A stretch of DNA of 64,000 bases from an uncultured delta proteobacterium (GTDB lineage Bacteria > Desulfobacterota > Syntrophia > Syntrophales > UBA5619). Position 1 is the first letter of the stretch; each line of letters begins with the position of its first letter. The position numbers were made by a program, and so were the translations under genes. The stretch is from contig CAWFOM010000014.1 of the NCBI GenBank assembly GCA_963817385.1, positions 1-64,000 of the forward strand, written 5' to 3'. The notes below the pieces were generated by a model. That model was not told the origin of the DNA. It ran no database searches and was given only the letters and a program-made list of their open reading frames with translations. This document shows, piece by piece, positions 30,620 through 42,126 of the stretch.

Positions 30620-31957
30620 CTATTTTCTCTCCTCTCCAAGGATCCCCGTTACCCAGTCGAGGTTGACGCGGGCAACGAGGTAGTCGCGGCGGGCACGACT
30701 CAGGCTGCTCTTGGCCTGCCGGAGGTTGAACTCGGCGTCCTCCACCTCCAGGCGGATTTTGACCCCCAGTTCATAACCCTTTTCCGCCATCGCCAGGAGC
30801 CGCTCCACCTGGATTACCGTGCCGGAAAGGGAGCGGACGATCTCCTCCGACTCCTGCACGGCGTTTACTGCATCACGGGTCTCGAGGGCGACCGTATCGA
30901 TCTGCTTCGCCTCGTCGATCTGGATCCGGCGGAGATCGCTTTCGGCCTGGGCGACCCTCCCTTTTGTGCGGAAGCCGTCGAAGAAGGGATAGCTGAACTG
31001 GACGCCGACGCTCCAGGAGGGACCGTCCCCGTATATCGATGGCTGCTCTATGGAGTTCCAGCCGTACGAACCTTTCATGTCGACACGCGGCTTGTCCTGT
31101 GCGCCTGCCAGCACTACCAGTTCCCGGTAGACACTGATCCGGTGGCGGATGTCGGCAAGGTCCGGCCGCTTCTCACGAGCCAGGGCGAAAACCTCGTCGT
31201 AGAACCGGTGGGGAGTAAGGTCGGGCTCCAGCCTCCCATTCACATCGACCTCCCCGTTTTCGATGGCGAGGAGGAAGCGCAGCCGTTCCCGTGCGGTACG
31301 GATCTGATTTTCCGTCCGGATCGTTTCGGGACGGGCGTTTTCCACCGATACTTCAGCCGCGAGGACGTCGTAATCGGTGGCCACACCCGCCTGGAGTCTC
31401 CGTCTCGCTTCTTCCAGGTGCCGGTTCTTCTGATCGAGGTTATGAAGCGCCAGAGCATAGAGTTCCCGCGCGAGGAGTACGTCATAAAATGCGGCGGAGA
31501 CGTCTCGCTTGGCCGCCTGCTGATAGACGCGCAGTTGCTCTTCGGCTGACTGGAGGCCGACCTTCGCCGCCCGAATCGCCGCGCTCACCTGGCCCCAGGT
31601 GAAGAGGGGCTGGGTCAGACTGATCTGGGCTGAACGCCGGTCCGTCCGCTCGGTCATCATAGGGCCGTAGATTATCTGGCTCTCATCCCGGTCCCGGCTC
31701 ACAGAAACGGTGGCCGCGAGCTGCGGAAAGGCGGCTGCCCGCTCCTCCACGTACTTTCCCTTCGCCCAGGCGATGTACGCACGGGCCTTTTCGATATCCC
31801 GGTTCTTTTCCGCAGTGATTGCCAGCGCCTCCTCCAGTGTCAATACCCACGTTTGGGCATACACCGGCGCCGCAGCCAGGAGCAGGACCGCCGTCAAAAA
31901 GATAATGGCTATCCCCAAACGGCAGGGAAAGCCACTTTTTTTATGCCGAATCCTCAT
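30620..31957 (-). CDS. TolC family outer-membrane efflux protein
   Basis: Signal peptide, LTLEEAL, QPLFTWG, repeated helical OEP pattern; in operon with RND and MFP. Confidence 0.92.
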   Translation of the reverse strand: MRIRHKKSGFPCRLGIAIIFLTAVLLLAAAPVYAQTWVLTLEEALAITAEKNRDIEKARAYIAWAKGKYVEERAAAFPQLAATVSVSRDRDESQIIYGPMMTERTDRRSAQISLTQPLFTWGQVSAAIRAAKVGLQSAEEQLRVYQQAAKRDVSAAFYDVLLARELYALALHNLDQKNRHLEEARRRLQAGVATDYDVLAAEVSVENARPETIRTENQIRTARERLRFLLAIENGEVDVNGRLEPDLTPHRFYDEVFALAREKRPDLADIRHRISVYRELVVLAGAQDKPRVDMKGSYGWNSIEQPSIYGDGPSWSVGVQFSYPFFDGFRTKGRVAQAESDLRRIQIDEAKQIDTVALETRDAVNAVQESEEIVRSLSGTVIQVERLLAMAEKGYELGVKIRLEVEDAEFNLRQAKSSLSRARRDYLVARVNLDWVTGILGEERK

Positions 31958-34900
31958 GCCTCGTTATTCCTCCGAAATCCGAACTTTCCGGTCACCCACG
32001 TTCCCAAATCCTCGATGAGTGTATACATCACCGGCACGACCAAGAGTGTCAACAGCGTGGACGTCAGGAGTCCGCCGACCACCGCGCGTGCCATCGGCGC
32101 CCGCATCTCCGCACCTGCCCCGATCGCCAGCGCCAGCGGCAGCATCCCGAAGATCATCGCGAGCGTCGTCATGACGATGGGGCGGAGCCGTGTCCGCCCG
32201 GCAGTGATCACCGCCTCCCGCCGCTCCATCCCGCGACCGCGCAGGACTTTTGCATAATCGACCAGCAGGATCGCATTTTTCGTCACGAGCCCCATCAGCA
32301 TGATGAGCCCGATCAACGACATGATATTGACCGTGTCCCCGGTCATGAGGAGCATCACGGCCATCCCGACGATGGAAAGTGGGAGTGAGAACATGATCGC
32401 CAGAGGCTCCAGAAAGGACTCGAACTGGGCGGCCAGAATGAAGTAGACGAAGAGCACCGCCAGGATGAGGGCCTCGGCCATGTACCCAAACGTCTCGGCC
32501 ATGAGCTCCGCGTCTCCGGAAAATACAACCTGGTAACCCGGCGCCAGCGCAAGCTGTTTTGACGCCTCCTCCACCTTCTTCACGGCCGTGCCGAGGGGAA
32601 GACGGTCAAGGTTGGCGCTGACCGTTACCTGTCGGGTCAGCTCCTGCCGGTTGATCTCCGAGGGGGTGGCATAGGCCGAATAAGAGACAAGGTTTGACAG
32701 AGGCAGGAGCGTCGTAGACCCTTTGCCGTTCGCCACAGCAAGGCGCAGGTTCCGAACCTGATCAGGGTTCTCCCGTAACCTCTCGGGAAGACGCACGCGG
32801 ATGTCTACGGCATCGCCGTCCTCGTCCTCATAGGTGGAGACCACCTCTCCACCGACCAGGGCGCCTACTATCCGGACGATATGATCGGTCATCACCCCGG
32901 CGCTCGCCGCCTTCTCGCGGTCCACGACAAGCCGGTATTCGGGAATGTCGTGCTCAAGGCTGATCTCGATGTCCCTGATCCCCTGTATTGCATACATCTT
33001 GTTGCGGAGCTCGGACGCATAGGCCTTGAGTCGCGCGATGTCCGTCCCGCGAAGGTTGACCTGGAGAGGCTTCTGGCTCTGACCGGACTCGTTGAGTTCC
33101 TCGATGGATGTGATGATTCCGGGAAGCTGGATAAAACTCCGGCGGAAATCCTGCTGCACATCCTTCTGGCCAAGCTCCCGCGCCGACCGTTTCTTGAGCT
33201 TGACGAAGATGACGCCGCTTCGGACCGTGCCACTGTCTCCCGCACCGATTGTGGCGTAGGTATGAGCCACGGCCGGATGGGTGCGGATCGCGCCGAGAAG
33301 CGCCTCCAGGCGTCCCCGGCTCTCCGCAATCGAGGCGTCCGGTGCGGTCTTGAAGGTCACGTTGAATTCCCCGCTGTCGATGTCCGGAAAGAAGGCGGAT
33401 TGGAGCGAACCGAAGGCCATGATCCCGCCGGCAAAGGCCGCCAGGGCGATCCCGAGAACCGTTTTACGATGGTCAAGGGCCCAGCCGATCACTCGGCGGT
33501 AACCGTCGGACGCCCGGTCGAACCAGACATTGAATTTCTCCAGCAGCTTCGCCAAGCCGCTCCTCTTTCCCTTGGCCGTGATCGCCGGATCGTGCCAGCG
33601 CGAGGAGAGCATCGGGTCCAAGGTGAAGGAGACAAGCAGAGAGACGAGGACGGCAAACGCGACCGTCATTCCGAATTGGAAGAAAAATCGGCCGACGACC
33701 CCCTTCATGAAGGCAACCGGCACGAAGACGGCCACGATCGACATCGTCGTGGCGAACACGGCGAGCCCGATCTCGCTCGTCCCGTAGCGGGCGGCGGTTA
33801 AATGGTCCTCCCCGCGTTCCAGGTGGCGAACGATGTTCTCCCGAACGACGATCGCATCGTCGATCAGCAGTCCGATGGCCAGCGACAGGGCCATCATCGT
33901 CATCACGTTGATCGACATCCCCAGCGCCTTCATGATGATAAACGACGACATCACCGAGATCGGCAGCGTCACCCCCGTGATCACCGTGGAGCGCCAGGAG
34001 TTGATGAAACAAAAGACGATCAGGATCGTCAGGATGCCGCCCAGGATCAGGGTCTGTTGGACGTCGTCGAGGGATTCGCGGATGAATAGGGAGCTGTCGC
34101 GGACGACCGATATCGTCGTCCCCGGGGGGAGCTCGGCCCGCATGCCTTCCGCCGTCCGTTTGACCGTGTCGGCGACCTCGACGATGTTGGCCCCGGCCTG
34201 CTTGAGGATATCCAGCGAGACGGCCGGGATCCCGTTGACGAGAGAGATCGAGCGCTGTTCCTCGACCCCGTCCCTCACCTCGGCGACCTCCCCGAGGCGG
34301 ATCGGCCGGCCGTTACGCACGGTAATCGCCATCTCCCGAAACTGCTCGACGCGTTCGGGCTTACCCAAGACCCGGAGGTTGACCTCCGTCGCCCCCCGGT
34401 TCAGACGGCCCAGAGGGGTATTCACGTTTTCCGATCTGAGTCCGGCCACGACGGTGTCAATTCCGAGTCCCAGGGCGTTGAGCCGCTCAGGATCGATGAT
34501 CACATTGACTTCACGCTTCGCCGCACCGACCAGGTCCACCTTGCCCACCCCGGCGATCCCTTCGAACCGGCGTTTGACGGTCTTCTCAACCAGGACGGTC
34601 AGGTCCCGGGGCGAAAGCGTTTCCGACCGGACGGCAAGCGACACAACGGGCACGGCGTTGAAATCCAGCTTCTGGATGATCGGCTCCTCGATCCCCTTGG
34701 GAAGGATGCCGCGGATGGCGTTCACCTTGGCGCGCGCCTCCTGAGTCACCTCGTTGAGCCTCTCCTCCAGGCGGAATTCGACCACGACGGTGGAAACCCC
34801 CTCACGGGAGAAGGAGTAGACGTGCCTAACACCGGAGATGCCATTGACGGCCTCCTCAACCCTTTTGGAAACCTCGCGTTCAACGCTCTCGGGGCCTGCG

Positions 34901-35058
34901 CCGGGGAATTTCGTCACTATGGAAAGGACAGGGATCTCCACGTTCGGGTACATCTCGACGGAGAGCCACCGGTATGAGAAGATCCCCAGCGTAACAAGTA
35001 CCAGCATCAGCACGGTCGCGAAGACCGGCCGGCGAATGGAAAGATCGGACAGGATCAT
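31954..35058 (-). CDS. RND efflux permease (AcrB/AcrD/AcrF family)
   Basis: [39 protein letters not shown]. Confidence 0.96.
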   Translation of the reverse strand: MILSDLSIRRPVFATVLMLVLVTLGIFSYRWLSVEMYPNVEIPVLSIVTKFPGAGPESVEREVSKRVEEAVNGISGVRHVYSFSREGVSTVVVEFRLEERLNEVTQEARAKVNAIRGILPKGIEEPIIQKLDFNAVPVVSLAVRSETLSPRDLTVLVEKTVKRRFEGIAGVGKVDLVGAAKREVNVIIDPERLNALGLGIDTVVAGLRSENVNTPLGRLNRGATEVNLRVLGKPERVEQFREMAITVRNGRPIRLGEVAEVRDGVEEQRSISLVNGIPAVSLDILKQAGANIVEVADTVKRTAEGMRAELPPGTTISVVRDSSLFIRESLDDVQQTLILGGILTILIVFCFINSWRSTVITGVTLPISVMSSFIIMKALGMSINVMTMMALSLAIGLLIDDAIVVRENIVRHLERGEDHLTAARYGTSEIGLAVFATTMSIVAVFVPVAFMKGVVGRFFFQFGMTVAFAVLVSLLVSFTLDPMLSSRWHDPAITAKGKRSGLAKLLEKFNVWFDRASDGYRRVIGWALDHRKTVLGIALAAFAGGIMAFGSLQSAFFPDIDSGEFNVTFKTAPDASIAESRGRLEALLGAIRTHPAVAHTYATIGAGDSGTVRSGVIFVKLKKRSARELGQKDVQQDFRRSFIQLPGIITSIEELNESGQSQKPLQVNLRGTDIARLKAYASELRNKMYAIQGIRDIEISLEHDIPEYRLVVDREKAASAGVMTDHIVRIVGALVGGEVVSTYEDEDGDAVDIRVRLPERLRENPDQVRNLRLAVANGKGSTTLLPLSNLVSYSAYATPSEINRQELTRQVTVSANLDRLPLGTAVKKVEEASKQLALAPGYQVVFSGDAELMAETFGYMAEALILAVLFVYFILAAQFESFLEPLAIMFSLPLSIVGMAVMLLMTGDTVNIMSLIGLIMLMGLVTKNAILLVDYAKVLRGRGMERREAVITAGRTRLRPIVMTTLAMIFGMLPLALAIGAGAEMRAPMARAVVGGLLTSTLLTLLVVPVMYTLIEDLGTWVTGKFGFRRNNEA

Positions 35059-35061
35059 GAC

Positions 35062-36222
35062 TCAGCTCCCCTGCTTCCGAGCGATGATGAGCTTGTCGCC
35101 CTCTTTGACGTTGAAGGCACCCCTGACGACATAGGTCTCTGCGGGCTTGAGGCCGGCGGTGATTTCCACCCCGCCCTCCGTCGCGAGACCCGTCCGGACC
35201 TCCCGGGACTTCGCCCGGTCTCCCTCGACGATGACGAGCTTCGCCTTCCTTCCCGCCACATCCCAACCCGAGAGGGCCTCACGGGGCACGAGGATGACCC
35301 CGTCGCGCTTCCCCGTCACAATCCTTCCTTGAACGAACAGTCCCCCTTTGAGTTCGCCCGCTGCGTTGTTTACCTCGGCAATGACACGGACCGAACGATC
35401 GATTTCGCTTACCGCCGGGTTGATGAACATCACCTTCCCCGAAAAATTCCTGCCGGAGAAGGCGTCCGTGGTGAACTGGAGCGGCTGCCCCAGGCGGAGC
35501 CCGGCCATCGCACCCGAAGGGACGGTGACCGTCAGATTCAGGATGCCGTTGTCGACGATGTGGAAGAGCGGCTGGTTTGCACCGGCCTCGCCGACGAGAT
35601 CACCCACGTTCGCGCGGCATTCCGAGACGATCCCCGTGATCGGGGAGACGACCAGCCCCTTGGCGAGGCGGGTCCGCACCTGGCTGAGGTCCTCCTCCGC
35701 GGCGCGGACCTGGGCGCGCGCCGCCTCGACCCGCGACGCCGCCGCCTCCGCCTCGGTCCCGGCATCATCGAGTCCCTGCTCAGTCGCGAGCCCCGCTTCT
35801 TTGAGTTTCCTCATCCGGTCGAGTTCGCGCCGGGCACGGTTATCGGCGACCCGGGCCTGGAGCTGCGCGGATTTCGCCGACTCCAGCGCCGCCTCGGTCC
35901 GCTTGACAAAAGCCTCCTGCTCTCGGACGTCGATCCTGGCCAGCGGATCCCCCTTCTTCACCCGGATCCACTCCCGGACGTATACCTCGCTGACGAGACC
36001 GGTCAGTTCGGATTTCACGTCCACCTCGAACTTGGGGGCCAGGGTCCCCGTCACGTCTATCCCCTCCGTCAGGGCGCCGGCCGCCGCTACAGCCGCCTCC
36101 ACGGCGACGGGCGGACGGACGGCCTCCGGGGCCGCCTGTTTTGCCGCCTCTCCGCCTCCCGAACAGGCCGCGATGAGAAAAACCGCCGCCGGAATGAATG
36201 CAAAAAACAGGATCCGTTTCAT
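35062..36222 (-). CDS. RND periplasmic adaptor (MFP) lipoprotein
   Basis: Lipobox IAAC, VKKGDPLARID, coiled coil, SPITGIV. Confidence 0.93.
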   Translation of the reverse strand: MKRILFFAFIPAAVFLIAACSGGGEAAKQAAPEAVRPPVAVEAAVAAAGALTEGIDVTGTLAPKFEVDVKSELTGLVSEVYVREWIRVKKGDPLARIDVREQEAFVKRTEAALESAKSAQLQARVADNRARRELDRMRKLKEAGLATEQGLDDAGTEAEAAASRVEAARAQVRAAEEDLSQVRTRLAKGLVVSPITGIVSECRANVGDLVGEAGANQPLFHIVDNGILNLTVTVPSGAMAGLRLGQPLQFTTDAFSGRNFSGKVMFINPAVSEIDRSVRVIAEVNNAAGELKGGLFVQGRIVTGKRDGVILVPREALSGWDVAGRKAKLVIVEGDRAKSREVRTGLATEGGVEITAGLKPAETYVVRGAFNVKEGDKLIIARKQGS

Positions 36223-36872
36223 ATACTTTTTCCCTTTCCCTTGCCGTTAACGGCCGCCAGACCATCGAAGACCAGGTTCAGAAGCCGCCGGAGGACCTTC
36301 CGGTCGATCCGGGAAGCCTGGCAGCAGATCTGGTCCTCGATCGCGATCTCCATGGTGCCGAGGACGATCCATGCCATATCTCCGGCGTTTCCGGGCCGGA
36401 ATTCGCCCCGTTCGATTCCCTCCTCCAGCAAGCGGGTGATGAGGTCATGATACCGCTGATGGTAGGCGTCAAAGTCGAAGTAGGGGGCCTCACCGGGCGG
36501 TCCGTAGTAGACGGCATGCATCAGGCGGATGAAATCGCGGTCCTGCCGCACGTAGTTGAAACCCTCATCCAGCATCGCCGTCAGCCGCTTCCGGACGCTC
36601 CCCTCCCCCTTCCGGTAGACGTCGACCACTGCTTCGAGACGGCCGAAGTGCGTCCGCATCAGTTCGAGGAAGAGACCCTCCTTGCTCTTGAAGTAGTAGT
36701 AGAGGGCCGGCTTCGTCACTCCCGCCTCCTTGACAAGTTCCCGGACCGTCGTCGCGGTATAGCCCCTCTGCGTGAACAGCTTGAGCGCCGCCCGCATGAG
36801 CTCCTCCCGGATATATCCTTCCGGCTTCAACGATGACCCTTCCGGTTTCTCCCCCTGCCCTCTTCCTGCCAT
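36219..36872 (-). CDS. TetR/AcrR family regulator
   Basis: LFTQRGYTATTVRELVKEAGVTKPALYYYFKSKEGL. Confidence 0.93.
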   Translation of the reverse strand: MAGRGQGEKPEGSSLKPEGYIREELMRAALKLFTQRGYTATTVRELVKEAGVTKPALYYYFKSKEGLFLELMRTHFGRLEAVVDVYRKGEGSVRKRLTAMLDEGFNYVRQDRDFIRLMHAVYYGPPGEAPYFDFDAYHQRYHDLITRLLEEGIERGEFRPGNAGDMAWIVLGTMEIAIEDQICCQASRIDRKVLRRLLNLVFDGLAAVNGKGKGKSI

Positions 36873-36895
36873 GATCAATACTCCTTTCCGTTCTA

Positions 36896-36907
36896 TACCG
36901 AGCGGTA
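36896..36907. promoter_or_regulatory. palindromic putative TetR operator
   Basis: TACCG-AG-CGGTA between a TTGACA (-35, minus strand) and the tetR start. Confidence 0.55.
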
Positions 36908-37082
36908 GGTATACTGTCCGCGACCGTTTGTCAAGAAAAAAATATAGCCGACCCAATCCCCACGCCTTCCCGCACTTTGCGTTTTCCCCGTTTCTGTGTA
37001 TAATGAATCTCCCCGATAGGATATCGTACCCCTGCACACCGGCAGATAATGGCAGTCGGGGAAAATTGGATCCTCTTTCACC

Positions 37083-37460
37083 ATGAAACTCAACCGGAAG
37101 GAGTTCGACAGAGCGGTGCAGCGGGCGTACAACCGCATTCCGAGAGAAATCCGGGATCGGATGGAAAACGTCGTCCTTACCGTGAAGAAGCGCCCCGCGC
37201 GGGAGATGCTGGAGGAGTTGGGGTATCCCGCGGATGAGCCGCTCCTGGGTCTCTACGAGGGTGCATCTCTCCCGGAGTACTCGTTCTTTGCCCCGCCCCC
37301 CCTCCAACCGGACACGATCACCATCTTTCAGGAGCCCCTGGAGGAGATGTGCGAAAGCATCGCCGAACTGGAGCGGGAGATCGAGATCACCGTCGTCCAC
37401 GAGGTCGCCCACTTCCTCGGGATCAGCGAGGAGCGCCTGGAGGAGTTGGGGTACGAGTGA
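37083..37460 (+). CDS. zincin-like metallopeptidase family protein
   Basis: LLGLYEG, PDTITIFQ, VVHEVAHFLG. Confidence 0.88.
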   Translation: MKLNRKEFDRAVQRAYNRIPREIRDRMENVVLTVKKRPAREMLEELGYPADEPLLGLYEGASLPEYSFFAPPPLQPDTITIFQEPLEEMCESIAELEREIEITVVHEVAHFLGISEERLEELGYE

Positions 37461-37475
37461 AAGGACACATGCAGG

Positions 37476-39020
37476 ATGGCAATTGAGATGCTGGGCTGGC
37501 TGATTCTCGGGCTGGCGGCGGGTGGCATCGCGGCTTTTTTTGCGATCCGGCCACAGATCCGTTCGGTCGGGGAGAGCGCCCGACAGGCGGCCGAGGCCGA
37601 GCGCGCGGCGCTCTTCGAGCGGCTCCAGGGGCGCGAGGAGCAGCTCCGGCAGGCAAAGGAGAACCTGACAGACGCCCAGGCCGAGTTCACCGCCCTGCGC
37701 AACGAGCTGATCAGGCAGACGGAGCGGCGAGCGGCCGCCGAGGAGAAGAACACCCGTATCCCGGAGCTGGAGCTTCTCGCCGGGACGAAAGACGCTCTCA
37801 TCCTGAAGCTCCAGGCGGAAAAAGGAGATCTCCGGACGCGCCTGTCGGAGACGGAGGTAAAACAGGATGAGGAGAGGCGCGCGGCTGAAGAGAAACTTGC
37901 CCTCCTGGAGGACGCCCGCTGCCGGCTATCCGACGCCTTTCAGGCCCTCTCCGCCGAGGCCCTCCGAAGCAACAACCAATCCTTCCTCGACTTGGCGAAG
38001 GCAACGCTGGAGAAGTACCAAGAGGGCGCCCGAAACGACCTGACATCCCGCCAGCGGGCCATCGACGAGCTGATCAAACCGCTGAAGGAGTCCCTGGAAA
38101 AGGTCGACGGCCGGATCCGCGAGATCGAGCAGGTCCGTACGACCGCCTATGCGACACTCACCGAGCAGCTCAAATCCCTGGTCCTGACGCAGGGCCGCCT
38201 GGAGGGTGAGACGGCAAACCTCGTCCGAGCCCTCCGGATGCCCGCCGTCCGGGGCCGATGGGGAGAGATCCAGCTCCAGCGGGTCGTCGAGATGGCCGGG
38301 ATGGTCGAGTACTGCGACTTCGTCCAGCAGGAATCGTCAACGACCGAAAACGGCCGCCTCCGGCCCGACATGATCATCCGTCTTCCCAATGAGAAGAACG
38401 TTGTCATCGACGCTAAGGCGCCGCTCCAGGCCTACCTGGACGCACTGGAAGCGCCGGATGAGGCGACGCGGACGGCACGGCTCAGGGATCACGCCCGGCA
38501 GATCCGCGTCCATCTTCAAGCCCTCGGGGCAAAGGCCTACTGGGAGCAGTTCAAACCCACCCCGGAGTTCGCGGTCCTGTTCCTCCCGGGCGAGACATTC
38601 TTCAGCGCCGCCCTGGAGCAGGACCCCACCCTGATCGAGTACGGCGTGGATCAACGGGTGATCCTGGCGACACCGACGACGCTCATCGCGCTCCTCAGGG
38701 CGGTCGCCTACGGCTGGCGCCAGGAGAAGATAGCCGAAAACGCCGAGGAGATCAGCCGTCTGGGGCGGCTGCTCTACGAACGCATCGCGACAATGACCGG
38801 CCATCTCTCCGGCCTCGGGAAGAATCTGGACAACGCCGTAGAAGCCTACAACAGGGCTGTCGGCTCCTTCGAGACCCGCGTCCTGGTGACGGCCCGCAAG
38901 TTCCGGGATCTCGGCGCCTCGACGAACGGGGAGATCGATCCCCTCGAAGGGGTGGAGAAGAGCGCCCGGCCGCTCCTTACCGAGCAGGCAGGAGGTGATT
39001 CGGCGGGAACGCAAGGGTGA
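37476..39020 (+). CDS. rmuC: DNA recombination protein RmuC
   Basis: N-terminal TM + coiled coil, [30 protein letters not shown]. Confidence 0.93.
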   Translation: MAIEMLGWLILGLAAGGIAAFFAIRPQIRSVGESARQAAEAERAALFERLQGREEQLRQAKENLTDAQAEFTALRNELIRQTERRAAAEEKNTRIPELELLAGTKDALILKLQAEKGDLRTRLSETEVKQDEERRAAEEKLALLEDARCRLSDAFQALSAEALRSNNQSFLDLAKATLEKYQEGARNDLTSRQRAIDELIKPLKESLEKVDGRIREIEQVRTTAYATLTEQLKSLVLTQGRLEGETANLVRALRMPAVRGRWGEIQLQRVVEMAGMVEYCDFVQQESSTTENGRLRPDMIIRLPNEKNVVIDAKAPLQAYLDALEAPDEATRTARLRDHARQIRVHLQALGAKAYWEQFKPTPEFAVLFLPGETFFSAALEQDPTLIEYGVDQRVILATPTTLIALLRAVAYGWRQEKIAENAEEISRLGRLLYERIATMTGHLSGLGKNLDNAVEAYNRAVGSFETRVLVTARKFRDLGASTNGEIDPLEGVEKSARPLLTEQAGGDSAGTQG

Positions 39021-39170
39021 CCCCCCGCTCTGCCTCGTGCATGTCGAGATGGAAAAGAGTGCCGACCCGTTCTACAGTGGTTGGGACAGGAAAAGGATCG
39101 AGGAGCTGCTAGGGTTCTGGCATGCAGGCGGCAAAAGCCGCCGTGTTTGCCGCTGATCAATTTCTCGCAT

Positions 39171-39216
39171 AAAAAAACACCCGCCGCACGAGAATCCTCT
39201 CGTGCGGCGGGTGTTT
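39171..39216 (-). terminator. Rho-independent terminator
   Basis: aaacacccgccgcacgaga/tctcgtgcggcgggtgttt long perfect stem with an A run on +. Confidence 0.8.
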
Positions 39217-39333
39217 GAGCATACGCCCAAAACGACGCAACCGCATTGCAGACAGATCACCAAGAAATCGCGATGCGCTTTTGCTTCACGGTAACGGTCA
39301 GGATGGCTGTCCGTGATCGATGGTTACCGGCAG

Positions 39334-39666
39334 TTAGTACCTGCCGCGCCCGCCTCGGAAGCCGCCGCCGCCCGGACCGCGGTTGCCGCCGCCATCCCGG
39401 CGAGGGCCGCTCGACTCCGTCTTCGGCCGGGCCTCGTTGACGGTGATCGTTTTGCCGTCAAGGTCGCCGCCGTTGAACTTCTTGATCGCCTCCTGGGCGC
39501 CTTCTTCGGTCTCCATCTCGACGAAACCGAAGCCCCGCGAGACGCCGGAAAATTTGTCCTTGATGATCGACACCGATGCGACCGCTCCCGCCTCGGAGAA
39601 ATTGTTCTTCAGGTCCTCCTCTGTAACCTTCTGCGATAAGTTCCCTACATATAAATTTTTATTCAT
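39334..39666 (-). CDS. RRM-domain RNA-binding protein with Gly-rich tail
   Basis: LYVGNLS (RNP2), RGFGFVEM (RNP1), VNEARP, GGGRG tail. Confidence 0.93.
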   Translation of the reverse strand: MNKNLYVGNLSQKVTEEDLKNNFSEAGAVASVSIIKDKFSGVSRGFGFVEMETEEGAQEAIKKFNGGDLDGKTITVNEARPKTESSGPRRDGGGNRGPGGGGFRGGRGRY

Positions 39667-40002
39667 TTTCCGCCTCCTTAATTGTTCGCGAATTGCCCTT
39701 CCACTCCTCCCTGGCACGGGGAAGAAATGGAGCAAGGTCATGTTCATGCCGCGCAGCGTCCTGCCTTGGCATGAAGGTTTACTAGAATAAAAAACCGCCG
39801 AGACCCTGAAGAGTCAGGCGGTTTACCTTACGCTTCATATCGTCGATATTTTACCTTGCCGGCCGACCCGGTATTTATCCGTATATCTACGCTGAACGGT
39901 AAGGGAAGTCAAGGCATTTCTCCAAATGAGCTGGCGACCTTACGGTCAGGCAACACCGACTTCAGGAGTGCAGCGGGTGAAGCGGGATCAACCCGTGACT
40001 TC

Positions 40003-41310
40003 TCATCTTCCCCGGGTCTTAACGGCATACATGGATTGGTCCGCATGCCGCACGAGGGTATCGATGTCCTGACCATCTGCGGGATAGATGGCCGTACCGA
40101 TACTGAAGGCAACAAAAAACGCATCTTCCCGGACAATGATGGGGCTTGTAAAAGCGGTCATGATCCTCTCGGTAACGAGTTCCATGCTCTCCGGGTTCGC
40201 AACCTCCGGCAGGAGGGCAACGAATTCGTCCCCTCCGGTGCGCGCCACGGTATCCTCATCCCGCATGAGTTTTTTCAGACGGTCGGCCACCGCAACCAGC
40301 ACGCTGTCCCCGATATCATGTCCGAAGCTGTCGTTGACATCCTTGAACTTGTCGAGGTCCAGCACCATGATGCCGAAGGGCCGTTCTTTTCTCTTCGCCT
40401 GGGCCAGGATCATGGCTGCATGGTCGTAAAAAAGGGCCCGGTTGGGCAGGCCGGTGAGAAGGTCGTGGTAGGCCATCCATTCCACGTTCTCCTCAACCCG
40501 CTTGCGCTCCGTAATATCCCGGGTGATCCCCCGGAAACCTGTCGGCCGTCCTTCGGCATCCCTGATGAGCGAAACGGACACCTCGACATGCACCCGCGAT
40601 CCGTCGAGCCGGAAGACATCCCAATCCAGTTCCTTCAACGATTCGCCAGTGGAATATACCTTGAAAAAGCTCTGATAAATCTTCGGCCAGTACTCCTTCG
40701 GCGTATATTCGCGGAAGTTCATCCCCCTCACCGTCTCCCAGTTCGCTCCGGCCATTCGGAAAAAGGGTTCGCTTGCATAGATCAGATTGCCGGTCAGGTC
40801 TACCTCGAAATAACCGTCTTCGATGTTTTCGAGGATGGTCCGGTACCGTTCCTCGCTGAGGCGTAATTCATCCTCCTTCTTCTTCCTGTCGGTAATATCC
40901 CGCCCGCCCAGAACGGCCCCGATGATCCGTCCTTCATCATTCCGGATTGCGCTTCCGAGCACCTCCAGCCAGAGATCATATCCTTCCCGGTGGCGGACAC
41001 GGAGTTCGACTTTGCTCTCCTGTTCCTCGGTCTTCAGTTTCAGGATGGGCAGGGCGTACGCCAGATCGTCGGCGTTGACGAAATCGGCCACATTGCACCC
41101 GATGAGCTCCTTTATGTCGTAGCCCAACATTTTTTTCACCGAAGGGGAAACGAACTCGACCACCGCCCCAAGATCGACCTGGACGACAAGATCCACCATG
41201 TTGTCCGTGATTCTCCGGAGCCTCTCCTCGCTCTTCCGGAGGGCCGTATCCGCCAGGGGCGGCTGCGGACAGTCGGTGCGATTTATCTTGGTTGAGATTG
41301 ATTTCTTCAT
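40003..41310 (-). CDS. PAS-PAS-GGDEF diguanylate cyclase
   Basis: Two PAS/PAC blocks (RDITDRK, RDITERK), HDLLTGLPNR, RDED I-site, GGDEF. Confidence 0.93.
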   Translation of the reverse strand: MKKSISTKINRTDCPQPPLADTALRKSEERLRRITDNMVDLVVQVDLGAVVEFVSPSVKKMLGYDIKELIGCNVADFVNADDLAYALPILKLKTEEQESKVELRVRHREGYDLWLEVLGSAIRNDEGRIIGAVLGGRDITDRKKKEDELRLSEERYRTILENIEDGYFEVDLTGNLIYASEPFFRMAGANWETVRGMNFREYTPKEYWPKIYQSFFKVYSTGESLKELDWDVFRLDGSRVHVEVSVSLIRDAEGRPTGFRGITRDITERKRVEENVEWMAYHDLLTGLPNRALFYDHAAMILAQAKRKERPFGIMVLDLDKFKDVNDSFGHDIGDSVLVAVADRLKKLMRDEDTVARTGGDEFVALLPEVANPESMELVTERIMTAFTSPIIVREDAFFVAFSIGTAIYPADGQDIDTLVRHADQSMYAVKTRGR

Positions 41311-41363
41311 TCACGCACCCGACAGACAGGATCGGCAAATCCACGGCAGCAGATCAGACATGA

Positions 41364-41483
41364 TTGAATCCGCCAGCGAGAGCATTTCCCGCGGCTTGCC
41401 ATGGGGTAAGCGAGCATAAACAGAATGGCTTATTCTCCGAAATGATCGAAGATTCTCCGCAGCTTGCTCCATGAGAGTTTCAA
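41364..41483 (-). repeat. ~120-bp palindrome-containing interspersed repeat (MITE/REP-like), copy 1
   Basis: ttgaa..ttcaa ends; reverse complement aligns with 62948-63064. Confidence 0.7.
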
Positions 41484-41635
41484 TACTGTGGGTTCATAAC
41501 GTTGACTGAACCAATTGTCAATGGATAAAATTGAAAATTCCTTCAGGATTCACGTTCTCTCCGACGCAGAAGGAATCCACTTTCCGCACATGACAATCCC
41601 GGCAGGTCGATCGATACAAACAGAAGAATTAATCC

Positions 41636-41664
41636 TTGACTTTCCCTCAGAAGACGTGTAAACT
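41636..41664 (+). promoter_or_regulatory. sigma70-type promoter of cspA
   Basis: TTGACT-N17-TAAACT, ~140 nt before the start codon. Confidence 0.6.
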
Positions 41665-41806
41665 ATCGCCCACAATAAGTTTGGATTAAGACATTATGAT
41701 TTACGAAGGCGGCCACCAAGCTTTTTGCGAGTTTCGGTGGTTTTTTGCTTTCTGTCATTGTGCAGATCCGACTTAAGGAACTTTTTAAGAAAGGAGGATG
41801 CAAACG

Positions 41807-42007
41807 ATGTCAGAAGGTAAAGTGAAGTGGTTCAATGAGCAAAAAGGCTTCGGGTTCATCGAAAAGGATGAAGGCGGTGACGTGTTCGTCCATCACAGCG
41901 CCATTCAAGCAGTCGGCTTCAAAACGTTGGCCGAGGGTCAGCGCGTCAGCTTTGAAGTCAAGCAGGGTCCGAAAGGCCCGGCAGCGGAAAACGTAAAGCC
42001 CCTGTAA
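41807..42007 (+). CDS. cspA: cold-shock protein
   Basis: [33 protein letters not shown]. Confidence 0.97.
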   Translation: MSEGKVKWFNEQKGFGFIEKDEGGDVFVHHSAIQAVGFKTLAEGQRVSFEVKQGPKGPAAENVKPL

Positions 42008-42020
42008 CCCCCAACAATCC

Positions 42021-42068
42021 AAAAGAGGCATCCCCGTCCATGAAAATGGCGCTGGGGTGCCTTTTTTT
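42021..42068 (+). terminator. Rho-independent terminator
   Basis: aggcatcccc..ggggtgcct + T run. Confidence 0.7.
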
Positions 42069-42126
42069 ATGGATATTCGCACGCTTATCCCGCGGTAAAC
42101 CTTGGTCCATGCGTTCGCTGCTGGAT

